Source of the DNA: a virus
Taxonomy: Duplodnaviria; Caudoviricetes
Length of the DNA: 64,000 nucleotides
Direction: 5' to 3' (one strand)
Virus record (IMG/VR): IMGVR_UViG_3300032331_000874
Location: 46-64,045 of that record
The notes under the pieces are model-generated. The model had not been told where the DNA came from. It searched no databases and saw nothing but the letters and a program-made list of their open reading frames with translations. The position numbers and the translations under genes were made by a program. This document shows, in pieces, positions 8,727-17,521 of this stretch. Each line of letters starts with the position of its first letter. The stretch's first letter is position 1.

Positions 8727-9156
8727 TAACCGCACTCCCCGTGATCTTGAAACACGCGAACATTCAACTCGTGACGACTATAAACCGCCGAGCGTACTGC
8801 CAGACCCGATTCCTGACCCGAACTACAAGTTCCGTTGGATTTCGACTCATGTCTTTGGTCAAGCAATCCCTTCTCATGTGTCATTACAGATTCGTGAAGG
8901 TTGGGAGCCTGTAAGGGCGGCAGATCACCCAGAATTGAAGCTAAACGCCAATGAAAATGGCGAAGTGCAAATGGGCGGTTTACTTCTTTGCAAGATGCCA
9001 AAAGAAAAAGTCGAAGCACGTAACCAGTATTATCAGCGTCAAGCGGAAGGCTGGATGCAGTCAGTTGACAACAACCTGATGCGTCAAAGCGACCCAAGGA
9101 TGCCTCTGTTCAATGAACGGAAGTCCGCGACAAGTTTTGGCAAGGGTATTAAGTAA
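8719..9156 (+). CDS. Conserved head-module hypothetical protein
   Basis: 145 aa; FRWI...REGWEPV...GGLLLCK motifs; position in head module. Confidence 0.75.
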   Translation: MANNRTPRDLETREHSTRDDYKPPSVLPDPIPDPNYKFRWISTHVFGQAIPSHVSLQIREGWEPVRAADHPELKLNANENGEVQMGGLLLCKMPKEKVEARNQYYQRQAEGWMQSVDNNLMRQSDPRMPLFNERKSATSFGKGIK

Positions 9157-9179
9157 TTTATTAACCTTGGAGTTTAACT

Positions 9180-9833
9180 ATGGCATATCCTACAGTTGAC
9201 AAGCCTTATGGCTTGCAGCCGGTCAATTTGATCGGTGGTCAGGTGTACGCCGGTTCCACTCGCCTAATGCGTATTGCTAGCGGCTACAACACTAGCATTT
9301 ACTATGGTGACGTGGTAAAGCTTATTTCTGACGGAACTATCAATAAAGATACTGGCACTAGCACAGCTACGCCGGTAGGCATCTTTGTTGGTTGCACCTA
9401 CACAAACCCTTCTACTAACCAAAAGACTTTTGCACAGTACTGGCCTGCTGGTACCGCTGCAAGTGACGCTCAAGGTTATGTAGTTGATGACCCTGATATT
9501 TTGTTCAAAGTAGCGACCGTTTCTACCGGCACGACTGTAGCTTTCTATAGCTCAGCTCTTGTTGGCGAAAATGCTGTTTTGGTACAAAACGCAGGTTCTA
9601 ACAATACTGGTGATTCGGCTGTTGGTATTTTCGGTGGTAACACTGCGACTACTGCATCCTTCCCCATCCGTGTTGTTGACATCGTTCCTGACACGTCAAA
9701 CGGCTCAAATGGCTTCTGCGAGTACATTTGTAAGTTTAACGCGCCATACGTAACGATCTCTGTCAGCTTGTCCGGCGCTAACACAGCAACGGTAACTGGC
9801 GGTCATCAGTATCTCAACCCAACCGGCGTATAA
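9180..9833 (+). CDS. Putative capsid decoration/cement protein
   Basis: PYGLQPV N-terminus, beta-rich, immediately upstream of MCP. Confidence 0.6.
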   Translation: MAYPTVDKPYGLQPVNLIGGQVYAGSTRLMRIASGYNTSIYYGDVVKLISDGTINKDTGTSTATPVGIFVGCTYTNPSTNQKTFAQYWPAGTAASDAQGYVVDDPDILFKVATVSTGTTVAFYSSALVGENAVLVQNAGSNNTGDSAVGIFGGNTATTASFPIRVVDIVPDTSNGSNGFCEYICKFNAPYVTISVSLSGANTATVTGGHQYLNPTGV

Positions 9834-9843
9834 GGAGTAACTC

Positions 9844-10752
9844 ATGGCTATTTCACGCGCTCAATTGCTTAAAGAGCTGCTGCCCGGCCTGAACGCTCTG
9901 TTCGGTCTGGAATATGCACGCTATGGCGAAGAACACAAAGAAATCTACGAAACAGAGACTTCTGAGCGTTCGTTCGAAGAAGAAACCAAGCTGTCAGGCT
10001 TTACTGCTGCACCTGTCAAAAACGAAGGTAGTGCAATTCGTTACGACAATGCGCAAGAAGCTTGGACTGCTCGATATAACCACGAAACTATCGCTCAGGG
10101 CTTCTCCCTGACCGAAGAGGCAATCGAAGATAACTTGTACGACTCTCTGTCGGCTCGTTACACGAAAGCTCTCGCACGTTCGATGGCTTATACCAAGCAA
10201 GTTAAAGCAGCGTCGGTCATTAACAACGGCTTCTCCGCTAGCTACCCCGGTGGCGACGGTGTTGCTCTGTTCTCGACTGCACACCCACTAGTATCTGGCG
10301 GCACTAACGCTAACACGCCGACTACTCAGGCCGACTTGAACGAGACTTCTTTGGAAGCCGCCGTTATTCAGATCGCTGCTTGGACTGACGAACGTGGTCT
10401 GCTGATTGCTGCTAAGCCACGTAAACTAATCATCCCATCGGCTCTGCAATTCGTTGCGACCCGTCTGTTGGAAACCAGCCTGCGTGTTGGTACTACCGAC
10501 AACGACATCAACGCGTTGAAGAACAATGGTTCGATTCCAGAAGGCTACACGATCAACCACTTCTTGACCGACACAAACGGCTGGTATTTGACTACCGACG
10601 TTCCAAACGGCATGAAGCACTTTATTCGTGTTCCAATGTCTACTGGTATGGACGGTGATTTCGATACTGGTAACGTACGTTACAAGGCTCGTGAGCGTTA
10701 CTCGTTTGGCTGGTCTGACCCGCTAGGCATGTACGGTTCGCAAGGTGCGTAA
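9844..10752 (+). CDS. Major capsid protein (Mu gpT-like, HK97 fold)
   Basis: MAISRAQLLKELLPGLNALFGLEY N-terminus, GDGVALFSTAHP, RERYSFGWSDP; strong AAGGAG SD; biased codon usage. Confidence 0.9.
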   Translation: MAISRAQLLKELLPGLNALFGLEYARYGEEHKEIYETETSERSFEEETKLSGFTAAPVKNEGSAIRYDNAQEAWTARYNHETIAQGFSLTEEAIEDNLYDSLSARYTKALARSMAYTKQVKAASVINNGFSASYPGGDGVALFSTAHPLVSGGTNANTPTTQADLNETSLEAAVIQIAAWTDERGLLIAAKPRKLIIPSALQFVATRLLETSLRVGTTDNDINALKNNGSIPEGYTINHFLTDTNGWYLTTDVPNGMKHFIRVPMSTGMDGDFDTGNVRYKARERYSFGWSDPLGMYGSQGA

Positions 10753-10754
10753 TT

Positions 10755-10786
10755 GAGAAAGGGGGGCTTTCGCCCCCCTTTCTTGT
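10755..10786 (+). terminator. Rho-independent terminator after MCP
   Basis: AGAAAGGGGGGC-TTTC-GCCCCCCTTTCT stem-loop followed by T-rich tail. Confidence 0.8.
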
Positions 10787-10805
10787 ATGGTATAAAAGAA
10801 GTATT

Positions 10806-10880
10806 CCGGGGTACCCGGTTTGGCAGACAGTCCCGGCTGACTTTCATGCAGACTGCCAACACCTAACTCGCATGAAGAGG
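10806..10880 (+). ncRNA. Double-pseudoknot RNA element downstream of the gpT-like MCP (probably the Mu-gpT-DE motif)
   Basis: CCGGG(10806-10) pairs CCCGG(10832-36); TTGGCAG(10820-26) pairs CTGCCAA(10853-59); TTCATGC(10843-49) pairs GCATGAA(10870-76); context fits Mu-gpT-DE. Confidence 0.65.
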
Positions 10881-10890
10881 ACAATTTATT

Positions 10891-11364
10891 ATGGGCATTT
10901 CTACTACCCAAGCTATTTGGCGTTCGGGCGGCGACGACCCGACACGTACAGCTTATTGCGGCTCGATGGTTATGGCTGCAACTTTCTACACAGCTAACAT
11001 TGTAACCAGCTCCAACGCTGTTGTTGCTTCTGGTCAAACTGCCACAGTAATTCTGCCCGGTAACGCCGTTGTTACATCGGTAATGATTACTGACCCTTCT
11101 GCTGCTGGCACTATTAACGTGGGCTACGTATTGGTTGACGGTTCGGCTAACAGCGCAAATGCTTTTGTTGATTCGTTGACTGCTACAAGCGCTAAGACAG
11201 TTACGCCCGGTTCTACTGGTGCTGGTACTAACATGGGTTTAATCATGAACTCCACCAAAGAAGCGGTCATTACGATTGAAAGCTCCAGCGCAGCTACAGG
11301 CAATGTTGGCGGCATCATTCAGTATTACGTAGCCGACTACCTGTTTGGTCAGCAGAACGTCTAA
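10891..11364 (+). CDS. Putative virion structural protein (beta-rich)
   Basis: ILPGNAVVTSV-type motif, S/T/A/N-rich, follows MCP. Confidence 0.7.
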   Translation: MGISTTQAIWRSGGDDPTRTAYCGSMVMAATFYTANIVTSSNAVVASGQTATVILPGNAVVTSVMITDPSAAGTINVGYVLVDGSANSANAFVDSLTATSAKTVTPGSTGAGTNMGLIMNSTKEAVITIESSSAATGNVGGIIQYYVADYLFGQQNV

Positions 11365-11379
11365 TAAGGAGGCATCACC

Positions 11380-11904
11380 ATGATGCAAACAGACGTCAAG
11401 GCGGCGCATATAAACCAATCTGGTTTTTTAGTTAAATTTCGTTGCCGAAAAAAACAAGTTACGTTGGCTGGTAATGCAAGCCAAACGGGTAAACTCGCTT
11501 TTTTTGATACATCTACAGCGCCCGTAACTGCTGGTACTTACGGGCGTTCAGGAAATGTAATTACGGTTTCTTCTACAAACCATGGTTTAAGTAACGGTGC
11601 AACTGTAGGCATTTCTTTCAACACAAATACTGGTGTATCTGCAACAGACGGTAATTACACTATTACTGCCACTGATGCCAATACATTTACGATGACAGAT
11701 ATTAACTCTGGAACCGTGACAAACGCAGGCACAGGTTGTCAGTATGTTTATGGAAATACTAATACTTGGTTAGCCACGTATGAAACATTATCTGGCGCAA
11801 CAGCTACGCAGCAGTTGTTAGTACCCGGAGAAGGCCAATTGTGCCAAAACGGTATTTATGCGTATATGAATAACATGGGCTTTGTAACTGTTCACTATGG
11901 CTAA
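11380..11904 (+). CDS. Putative virion structural protein with small beta-sandwich insert
   Basis: MQTDVK N-terminus; insert ITVSSTNHGL...GNYTIT resembles a segment of the 22715 protein. Confidence 0.7.
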   Translation: MMQTDVKAAHINQSGFLVKFRCRKKQVTLAGNASQTGKLAFFDTSTAPVTAGTYGRSGNVITVSSTNHGLSNGATVGISFNTNTGVSATDGNYTITATDANTFTMTDINSGTVTNAGTGCQYVYGNTNTWLATYETLSGATATQQLLVPGEGQLCQNGIYAYMNNMGFVTVHYG

Positions 11905-12151
11905 GTCACCAGCATGGCAGAGGAAAGAAGGCAAGAACCCCAAGGGCGGTCTGAACGCCAAAGGGCGTGCCTCCTACAACGCAGCCAACCCGGGGAAACC
12001 CGGGTTGAAAGCCCCGCAGCCAGAGGGCGGCCCAAGGAAAAAGTCGTTCTGTTCCAGAATGGAAGGGATGAAAAAGAAGCTCACTTCTCCCAAAACCGCG
12101 AACGACCCGAACAGCCGTATTAACAAATCGTTGAGGGCATGGAAATGCTAA
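11897..12151 (+). CDS. Small basic conserved phage protein (DUF6321-like)
   Basis: AWQRKEGKNPKGGLNAKGRAS...RKKSFCSRM...SLRAWKC pattern. Confidence 0.75.
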   Translation: MAKSPAWQRKEGKNPKGGLNAKGRASYNAANPGKPGLKAPQPEGGPRKKSFCSRMEGMKKKLTSPKTANDPNSRINKSLRAWKC

Positions 12152-12336
12152 AAGATCATATCGAGCCTGACCTGATGGATAACATATCTATCCTCGCTGG
12201 TATGGGCGTTTTAATTGGATGGCTACCTAACGTGCTTTCGTTCGTCACTATTGCGTGGTTCAGCATTCGCATCTGGGAGTCCGACACAGTGCGCGGTTTA
12301 ACTAACCGAGGTAAAGCTAATGCCGACAGTGAGTAA
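12139..12336 (+). CDS. Small membrane protein
   Basis: Hydrophobic segment followed by IRIWESDTV. Confidence 0.65.
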   Translation: MEMLKDHIEPDLMDNISILAGMGVLIGWLPNVLSFVTIAWFSIRIWESDTVRGLTNRGKANADSE

Positions 12337-12718
12337 AAAACAAGAACGCTTTATGCAGGCGGTTGCCCACAACCCTGCATTTGCTAAAAAGGCCGGCGTG
12401 CCTCAAAGCGTGGGTAAAGAATTTACTAAATCAGGAGGCGGTATGGCTGAGTCAAAAGCAATGGTTAAGAAAGAAGTGTCTTTCATGAAAAAGAAAGGCG
12501 CTCCTAAATCAATGGTTAAACATGAGGAGTCTGAAATGGCTGGTATGAAAAAAGGCGGTATGCCTAAGTTTGCTAAAGGCGGCGTGATTGCTTCCAAAAT
12601 GGGCGCAGTTAAAACTGCTGCTCCTAGCCGTGATGGTATTGCAGAACGCGGCAAAACCAAAGGCAAGCAAATTGTCATGGCTGGTAACAAAAAGATGAAC
12701 AAGGGCGGGTACTGCTGA
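12320..12718 (+). CDS. Basic hypothetical protein with MKKGG/FAKGG/MNKGG motifs
   Basis: Lys-rich; may be two fused small genes (internal GGAGG + ATG at MAESK). Confidence 0.7.
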   Translation: MPTVSKKQERFMQAVAHNPAFAKKAGVPQSVGKEFTKSGGGMAESKAMVKKEVSFMKKKGAPKSMVKHEESEMAGMKKGGMPKFAKGGVIASKMGAVKTAAPSRDGIAERGKTKGKQIVMAGNKKMNKGGYC

Positions 12719-12719
12719 G

Positions 12720-12986
12720 ATGAGAGCCTCACGCGGCATGGGAGATATCAACCCTTCCAAGATGCCCGGCGCTAAGAAAAAAGCGCGTCGGGATGACACC
12801 GACTTTACTGAGTACAAGAAGGGCGGAAAAGTAAAAGCGGTGTGGGAAAAGCCACGTCCAAAAGAATTGGGTAAACCTTCGGTGTTAACAGCAACGAAGA
12901 AGGCGGCAGCTAAGGCTAGAGCTAAAGCTGCTGGTAGGCCATATCCAAATTTGATTGACAACATGGCTGCTGCAAGGAAGAAGTAA
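12720..12986 (+). CDS. Basic hypothetical protein (YKKGG motif)
   Basis: MRASRGMGDINPSK...AGRPYPNLIDNM. Confidence 0.7.
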   Translation: MRASRGMGDINPSKMPGAKKKARRDDTDFTEYKKGGKVKAVWEKPRPKELGKPSVLTATKKAAAKARAKAAGRPYPNLIDNMAAARKK

Positions 12987-13726
12987 TGGCGTATACCACC
13001 GACACCACAGCATTTAACCCGACCCTCAACGATTATTTCGAAGAGGCGTTTGAGCGTTGTGGCGTTGAGATGCGCACCGGCTATCATTTTAGGACAGCGC
13101 GTCGTAGCCTGAACTTAATGCTAAATGAGTGGGCTAACCGCGGTGTAAACCTGTGGACGATTGAACAAGGCTCAATCAACATGGTGCAGGGCGTAGTTAC
13201 TTATGATCTTCCTGACGACACCGTTGATCTGCTTGAGCAAGTTATTCGTACACAGGCGAGTAATGTACCAAACCAGACAGACTTAAACATAACCCGCATT
13301 TCTGTTTCGACGTACTCAACCATCCCTAACAAGCTGGCACAAGGTCGTCCAATTCAGGTGTGGATTAACCGTCAATCTGGGCAGAAATCGGGTTCGGAAG
13401 CAGCGGTTGCTGCGCATCCACAGATTAACGTCTGGCCTGCGCCAGATCAGGGTACGGAAACTAATCCGTACTACGTGTTTTACTACTGGCGTATGAAGCG
13501 CATATACGACGCTGGTAACGGTGTTAATGCAGTTGAAATACCGTTTCGTTTTACCAATGCGCTGGTTGCGGGGTTGGCGTACATGTTGGCAATGAAATTG
13601 CCGGGGGCTGAAGCGCGTGTTCAGCTACTTAAAGCCATGTATGACGAGGCGTGGGACCTTGCCGCAGGCGAGGACCGTGAAAAGGCAGCAGAACGTCTGG
13701 TGCCTAGACAGATGTTTATAACGTAA
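12986..13726 (+). CDS. Head-tail adaptor / tail tubular protein A-like
   Basis: EEAFERCG...ARRSLNLMLNEWANRG, YSTIPNK, VWPAPD motifs. Confidence 0.7.
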   Translation: MAYTTDTTAFNPTLNDYFEEAFERCGVEMRTGYHFRTARRSLNLMLNEWANRGVNLWTIEQGSINMVQGVVTYDLPDDTVDLLEQVIRTQASNVPNQTDLNITRISVSTYSTIPNKLAQGRPIQVWINRQSGQKSGSEAAVAAHPQINVWPAPDQGTETNPYYVFYYWRMKRIYDAGNGVNAVEIPFRFTNALVAGLAYMLAMKLPGAEARVQLLKAMYDEAWDLAAGEDREKAAERLVPRQMFIT

Positions 13727-14148
13727 TGGGTAATAGATTTTCGTCAGGTCGCTTCAGCATTGCTGAGTGCGACAGGTGCGGTCAGCGGTACAAGCTCAAA
13801 GAGCTAATTAAGCTGGTCATTAAAACCAAGCAAGTGTCGATCAAAGTATGTCCGACTTGCTGGGAACCAGATCAGCCGCAGTTGCAGTTAGGTATGTATC
13901 CGGTGGATGACCCGCAAGCTGTACGCGAACCACGTAGAGATAACAGCTATATACAGTCTGGATATAACGGTTTGCAGATTACGGCAAACACAAGCACTAC
14001 GGTGTTGTCAGACGGAACGCCATCAGGCGGTAGCAGGGTAATACAGTGGGGTTGGAACCCTGTGGGTGGAGCAAGAGCAAACGATTTAGGATTGACGCCA
14101 AACTATCTGGTGGCATCGACAACGGTAGCAAACGTGACAATTAACTAG
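13726..14148 (+). CDS. Virion-module protein with N-terminal CxxC...CxxC zinc finger
   Basis: CDRCG and CPTCW. Confidence 0.7.
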   Translation: MGNRFSSGRFSIAECDRCGQRYKLKELIKLVIKTKQVSIKVCPTCWEPDQPQLQLGMYPVDDPQAVREPRRDNSYIQSGYNGLQITANTSTTVLSDGTPSGGSRVIQWGWNPVGGARANDLGLTPNYLVASTTVANVTIN

Positions 14149-14157
14149 GAGTGCAGG

Positions 14158-14322
14158 ATGGACACTAAACAGGTCAAACGGATTGCCGATAAAGAAGTCA
14201 AAGCGCATGAGAAACGCATGCACAAAGGCGTTAAAGGCATGAAAAAGGGTGGTCCGACCTCTGAGGACCGTATGCGCGTGGGTCGTAATTTGTCCCGTGT
14301 CGCCAGCCAAAAGACGGGGTAA
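14158..14322 (+). CDS. Small basic protein, 54 aa (not in ORF track)
   Basis: AGGAG SD; MDTKQVKRIADKEVKAHEKRMHKGVKGMKKGGPTSEDRMRVGRNLSRVASQKTG*. Confidence 0.75.
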   Translation: MDTKQVKRIADKEVKAHEKRMHKGVKGMKKGGPTSEDRMRVGRNLSRVASQKTG

Positions 14323-14324
14323 TC

Positions 14325-14594
14325 ATGGCAAAGAACATTAAACCAGCGTCGTCATACGCTAAGCCACACACAATGGCTGGCGGTAAAGTATCGGTTGAAG
14401 GCCAAGTAAAAGCGCAGTACGAAGGTACTGACCCTAATACTTTGGCAGCTAACAAGATGAACCCACGCGATCACGGTACATACCGTGTAAGTGCTGGTGA
14501 CCCTGCGGCAGACCATATTAAAACTGATGGCATCAAGATTCGTGGTACTGGTGCAGCTACTAAAGGCACGATGGCTCGTGGTCCGATGGGTTAA
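14325..14594 (+). CDS. Small basic hypothetical protein
   Basis: C-terminal GIKIRGTGAATKG..ARGPM motif. Confidence 0.7.
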   Translation: MAKNIKPASSYAKPHTMAGGKVSVEGQVKAQYEGTDPNTLAANKMNPRDHGTYRVSAGDPAADHIKTDGIKIRGTGAATKGTMARGPMG

Positions 14595-14597
14595 TAA

Positions 14598-15320
14598 ATG
14601 AACTATACAACCCTGTTTAATACGATCAAGACCTATTGCGAAAACGATTTCGCAACTACGGCCTTTACGAGTACGGATAATACCAATGAGGTAATTATCC
14701 CTAGCTCCGATCAGATAAACACGTTCATTCAACAGACTGAAACGCGGGTTTATAACGCAGTTCAATTTCCATCCCTTCGTGCTAACAAGTACGGTACGTT
14801 AACAGCTAACAACAAGTACCTTTCAGCGCCAAGTGATTTTCTGTCTGTGTATTCAATCGCAGTCATAGAAAACTACGGCACGGCAACGGAGACGTTTCAC
14901 TACCTTTTAAACAAGGACGTGAACTACATTCGTGAAGCTTACCCAACACCTGCTGATACAGGACTGCCTTCGTACTACGCTATTTTCGGCCCCACCACAT
15001 CAAGCAACGTCGCTACTAATGAGCTGAGCTTTATCCTTGGCCCCACGCCTGATGCTGGCTACTATGTTGAGTTGCATTATTACTATTATCCAGAATCTAT
15101 AGTAACCGCAGGTACAACATGGCTGGGGGACAACTACGACCCTGTGTTGTTATACGGTTCGTTGCGCGAAGCATATTTGTTTATGAAGGGCGAACAAGAT
15201 TTGATTGCCAACGTGGAAGCTAAGTACAATGAAGCCTTAGCAGAAGCTAAACGTCTTGGCGATGGTTTGGAGCGTCAGGATGCGTACCGTACTGGACAAG
15301 TTAGAGTGCCGGTGACCTGA
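14598..15320 (+). CDS. Head-tail connector-like virion protein
   Basis: MNYTTL, GPTPD..YYVELHY, LLYGSLREAY motifs. Confidence 0.7.
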   Translation: MNYTTLFNTIKTYCENDFATTAFTSTDNTNEVIIPSSDQINTFIQQTETRVYNAVQFPSLRANKYGTLTANNKYLSAPSDFLSVYSIAVIENYGTATETFHYLLNKDVNYIREAYPTPADTGLPSYYAIFGPTTSSNVATNELSFILGPTPDAGYYVELHYYYYPESIVTAGTTWLGDNYDPVLLYGSLREAYLFMKGEQDLIANVEAKYNEALAEAKRLGDGLERQDAYRTGQVRVPVT

Positions 15321-15745
15321 TGACGATACAGCAAGGATTAACTACCAGCTTTAAGCTGGACATGGTGAGAGGTACGCAGAATCTTGCGTCTGACACGTTA
15401 TACATGGCGTTGTATACAGCGTTTGCTGACATCAACGACAACACTACGGCGTATTCACCAACTAATGAAGTTACAGGCGGCAGTTACACGGCAGGAGGAC
15501 AAGCGTTATCCAACGTGACAATTAACTCAACCAGTAACGGTGTTGTGTACGTAAGTTTTAGTAATGTAGTTTGGAACTCAGTGCAGTTCACTGCTAGAGG
15601 TGCTTTGATATACAACGCTACTAAAAGTAATGCGTCAATAGCGGTGTTGGATTTTGGGTCAGATAAAACGCAAACAGCAAACAGTACGTTTTCCGTACTG
15701 TTGCCCCCTGACACATCGTCTAGTGCGCTAATTCAGATTAATTAA
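15320..15745 (+). CDS. Virion structural protein (tail region)
   Basis: TSFK...ALYT...NEV.G..YTAGG...ARGALIYN...AVLDFGSDK pattern; 6 N-x-S/T sequons in 141 aa. Confidence 0.75.
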   Translation: MTIQQGLTTSFKLDMVRGTQNLASDTLYMALYTAFADINDNTTAYSPTNEVTGGSYTAGGQALSNVTINSTSNGVVYVSFSNVVWNSVQFTARGALIYNATKSNASIAVLDFGSDKTQTANSTFSVLLPPDTSSSALIQIN

Positions 15746-15754
15746 GGAGTAATC

Positions 15755-16330
15755 ATGTCTAATGAAAAGTCCAAGTCAAGCGAGAAAATCTCGGGTGATG
15801 TGGTACGCAAAGAAGGTTTTGTAGAAGGCCTATCGTCTGGCGGTGTGTTTACTGTTACATGTCACGACAAAAACGGTAATGAGAAATGGGTTGAGATTGC
15901 GCCTAACCTTGTAGTTAATACCGGCCTCCAAGCTATGAACACCCAGTTTTTTACTGGCTCTGCTTACACAGCAGCTTGGTATATTGGTTTGGTCAACGGC
16001 ACATCGGCTTCCACAACTTTCTCTGGTGGCGATACATTGGCTACGCATACTGGTTGGACTGAGAATAGCAGCTATGTTGGTACGCGCAAGGCAGCTTCAT
16101 TTAGTGCAGCTACTTTGGCAGACCCATCTAACATCAACAACTCAGCTTCTGCTGCTTCGTTCACAATGAATGCTAATGCAACGATTGCTGGTGCATTCTT
16201 GACTAATGTTGCGTCTGGCACTACAGGACTGTTGTTCTCGGCGGCAGACTTTCAAGCGCCGGGTGATCGTACTGTGGTAAGCGGTGATGTTCTGAACATC
16301 ACATATTCATTCAACCTTGACGCTGTTTAA
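15755..16330 (+). CDS. Virion structural protein (tail region)
   Basis: NLVVNTG...WYIGL...GDVLNITY pattern; AAGGAG SD. Confidence 0.75.
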   Translation: MSNEKSKSSEKISGDVVRKEGFVEGLSSGGVFTVTCHDKNGNEKWVEIAPNLVVNTGLQAMNTQFFTGSAYTAAWYIGLVNGTSASTTFSGGDTLATHTGWTENSSYVGTRKAASFSAATLADPSNINNSASAASFTMNANATIAGAFLTNVASGTTGLLFSAADFQAPGDRTVVSGDVLNITYSFNLDAV

Positions 16331-16342
16331 TAGGGGATAAGC

Positions 16343-16519
16343 ATGGCAACATTTAAAAAGGGCGATGTAGTCAAGGTTAAGGCTGTAACTCCAGAAGGCC
16401 CAATCACTAAGATGCGCATGGATGAAGATGGCACGATCTACTATTTGGTATCGTGGTCTACGGACGGTATCGAGCATGAGCGTTGGTTTACGGATGAGCA
16501 GATTGTTGCTGCGGGGTAA
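16343..16519 (+). CDS. Small SH3-like/YodC-like protein, 58 aa (not in ORF track)
   Basis: MATFKKGDVVKVKAVTPEGPITKMRMDEDGTIYYLVSWSTDGIEHERWFTDEQIVAAG*; AGGGG SD. Confidence 0.7.
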   Translation: MATFKKGDVVKVKAVTPEGPITKMRMDEDGTIYYLVSWSTDGIEHERWFTDEQIVAAG

Positions 16520-16522
16520 TGT

Positions 16523-17512
16523 GTGGCCCAAGTCGATGGCGGCTACAGCAGTGGCTATTGGGGTGAGGCTGGCTGGGGATGCTCAGTCTACTACCCTATC
16601 ATCTCTAATGCTGGTTGGGGTAATGGCATTTGGGGTGGTGCTAATGACGCGTATGGCGGCTGGGGCTTAGGTAATGGCGGCTTAATATCTGCTAGTGATT
16701 CTGTCAACGTAGCAGCGCAGGCGGCGATTACTGGAAACATAGCAGAAACAGCAAATGTAACTGAGACGTTTAGTGGGGCGTTGGTTTTAGCTAGTTCTGT
16801 AACGGATACAGTAAATGCGAATGAAACAGTAGCAAGTGCAATAGTATTTGTAGGTAATGTCAGCGATGCTGCGAATGCAAGCGAAACAGTAGTAAGCACG
16901 GTTGTATTTGGAAGCACGGTATCTGATACTGCGAATGCTAGTGAGACAGTAAGCACGTTAGTAATACTTGGAAGTGCGGTATCTGATACAGCAAACGCGG
17001 CAGAGACAGTAACGATTAGTGTAGTAGGCAGCAGGAATGTAAGTGACACAGCAAACGCAAGTGATACAGTATCTGCTGGTCAGGCTTTTGCAAGTACAGT
17101 AAGCGATACAGCTAACATATCTGAGGCCATACTAAGCGCGTTCGGTATATCAGGTGCTGTGGCAGAAACAGCTAATGTAAGTGAGACTGTAGTAGGAGTT
17201 AGGAATACGTTTGGTACGGTAGATGACACCGCAACAGCGGAAGACTTTGCAAATGCGCAAGCAATATTCCAGACGTTAATTACGGAATTATTGAACGCTG
17301 AAGATGTAATAAGTGTAGCAGCACAGAATGAAAGAACAGTAGCAGAAAGTATCACGATATCGGATTACTGGTTTGCGCAGTACTTGTGGAATTTAATTAA
17401 CGATGCACAGACCGCTAACTGGGCTGCAATTAACACAGATACTTCTGGCGGTTGGCAGATGATAAGCACGACAGAAAATACGTCGTGGCGAGTAATAAAC
17501 ACCATTATGTAA
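16523..17512 (+). CDS. Virion protein with Gly/Trp-rich N-terminus and ~10 tandem 20-aa repeats (VSDTANASETV core)
   Basis: Repeats visible in protein and DNA (~16735-17340). Confidence 0.75.
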   Translation: MAQVDGGYSSGYWGEAGWGCSVYYPIISNAGWGNGIWGGANDAYGGWGLGNGGLISASDSVNVAAQAAITGNIAETANVTETFSGALVLASSVTDTVNANETVASAIVFVGNVSDAANASETVVSTVVFGSTVSDTANASETVSTLVILGSAVSDTANAAETVTISVVGSRNVSDTANASDTVSAGQAFASTVSDTANISEAILSAFGISGAVAETANVSETVVGVRNTFGTVDDTATAEDFANAQAIFQTLITELLNAEDVISVAAQNERTVAESITISDYWFAQYLWNLINDAQTANWAAINTDTSGGWQMISTTENTSWRVINTIM

Positions 17513-17521
17513 GGATGGATC

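Noticed and set aside
10806-10880. Hammerhead, twister or pistol ribozyme
   Set aside because: The conserved catalytic cores (e.g. CUGANGA/GAAA) could not be matched by eye; kept only as a structured RNA
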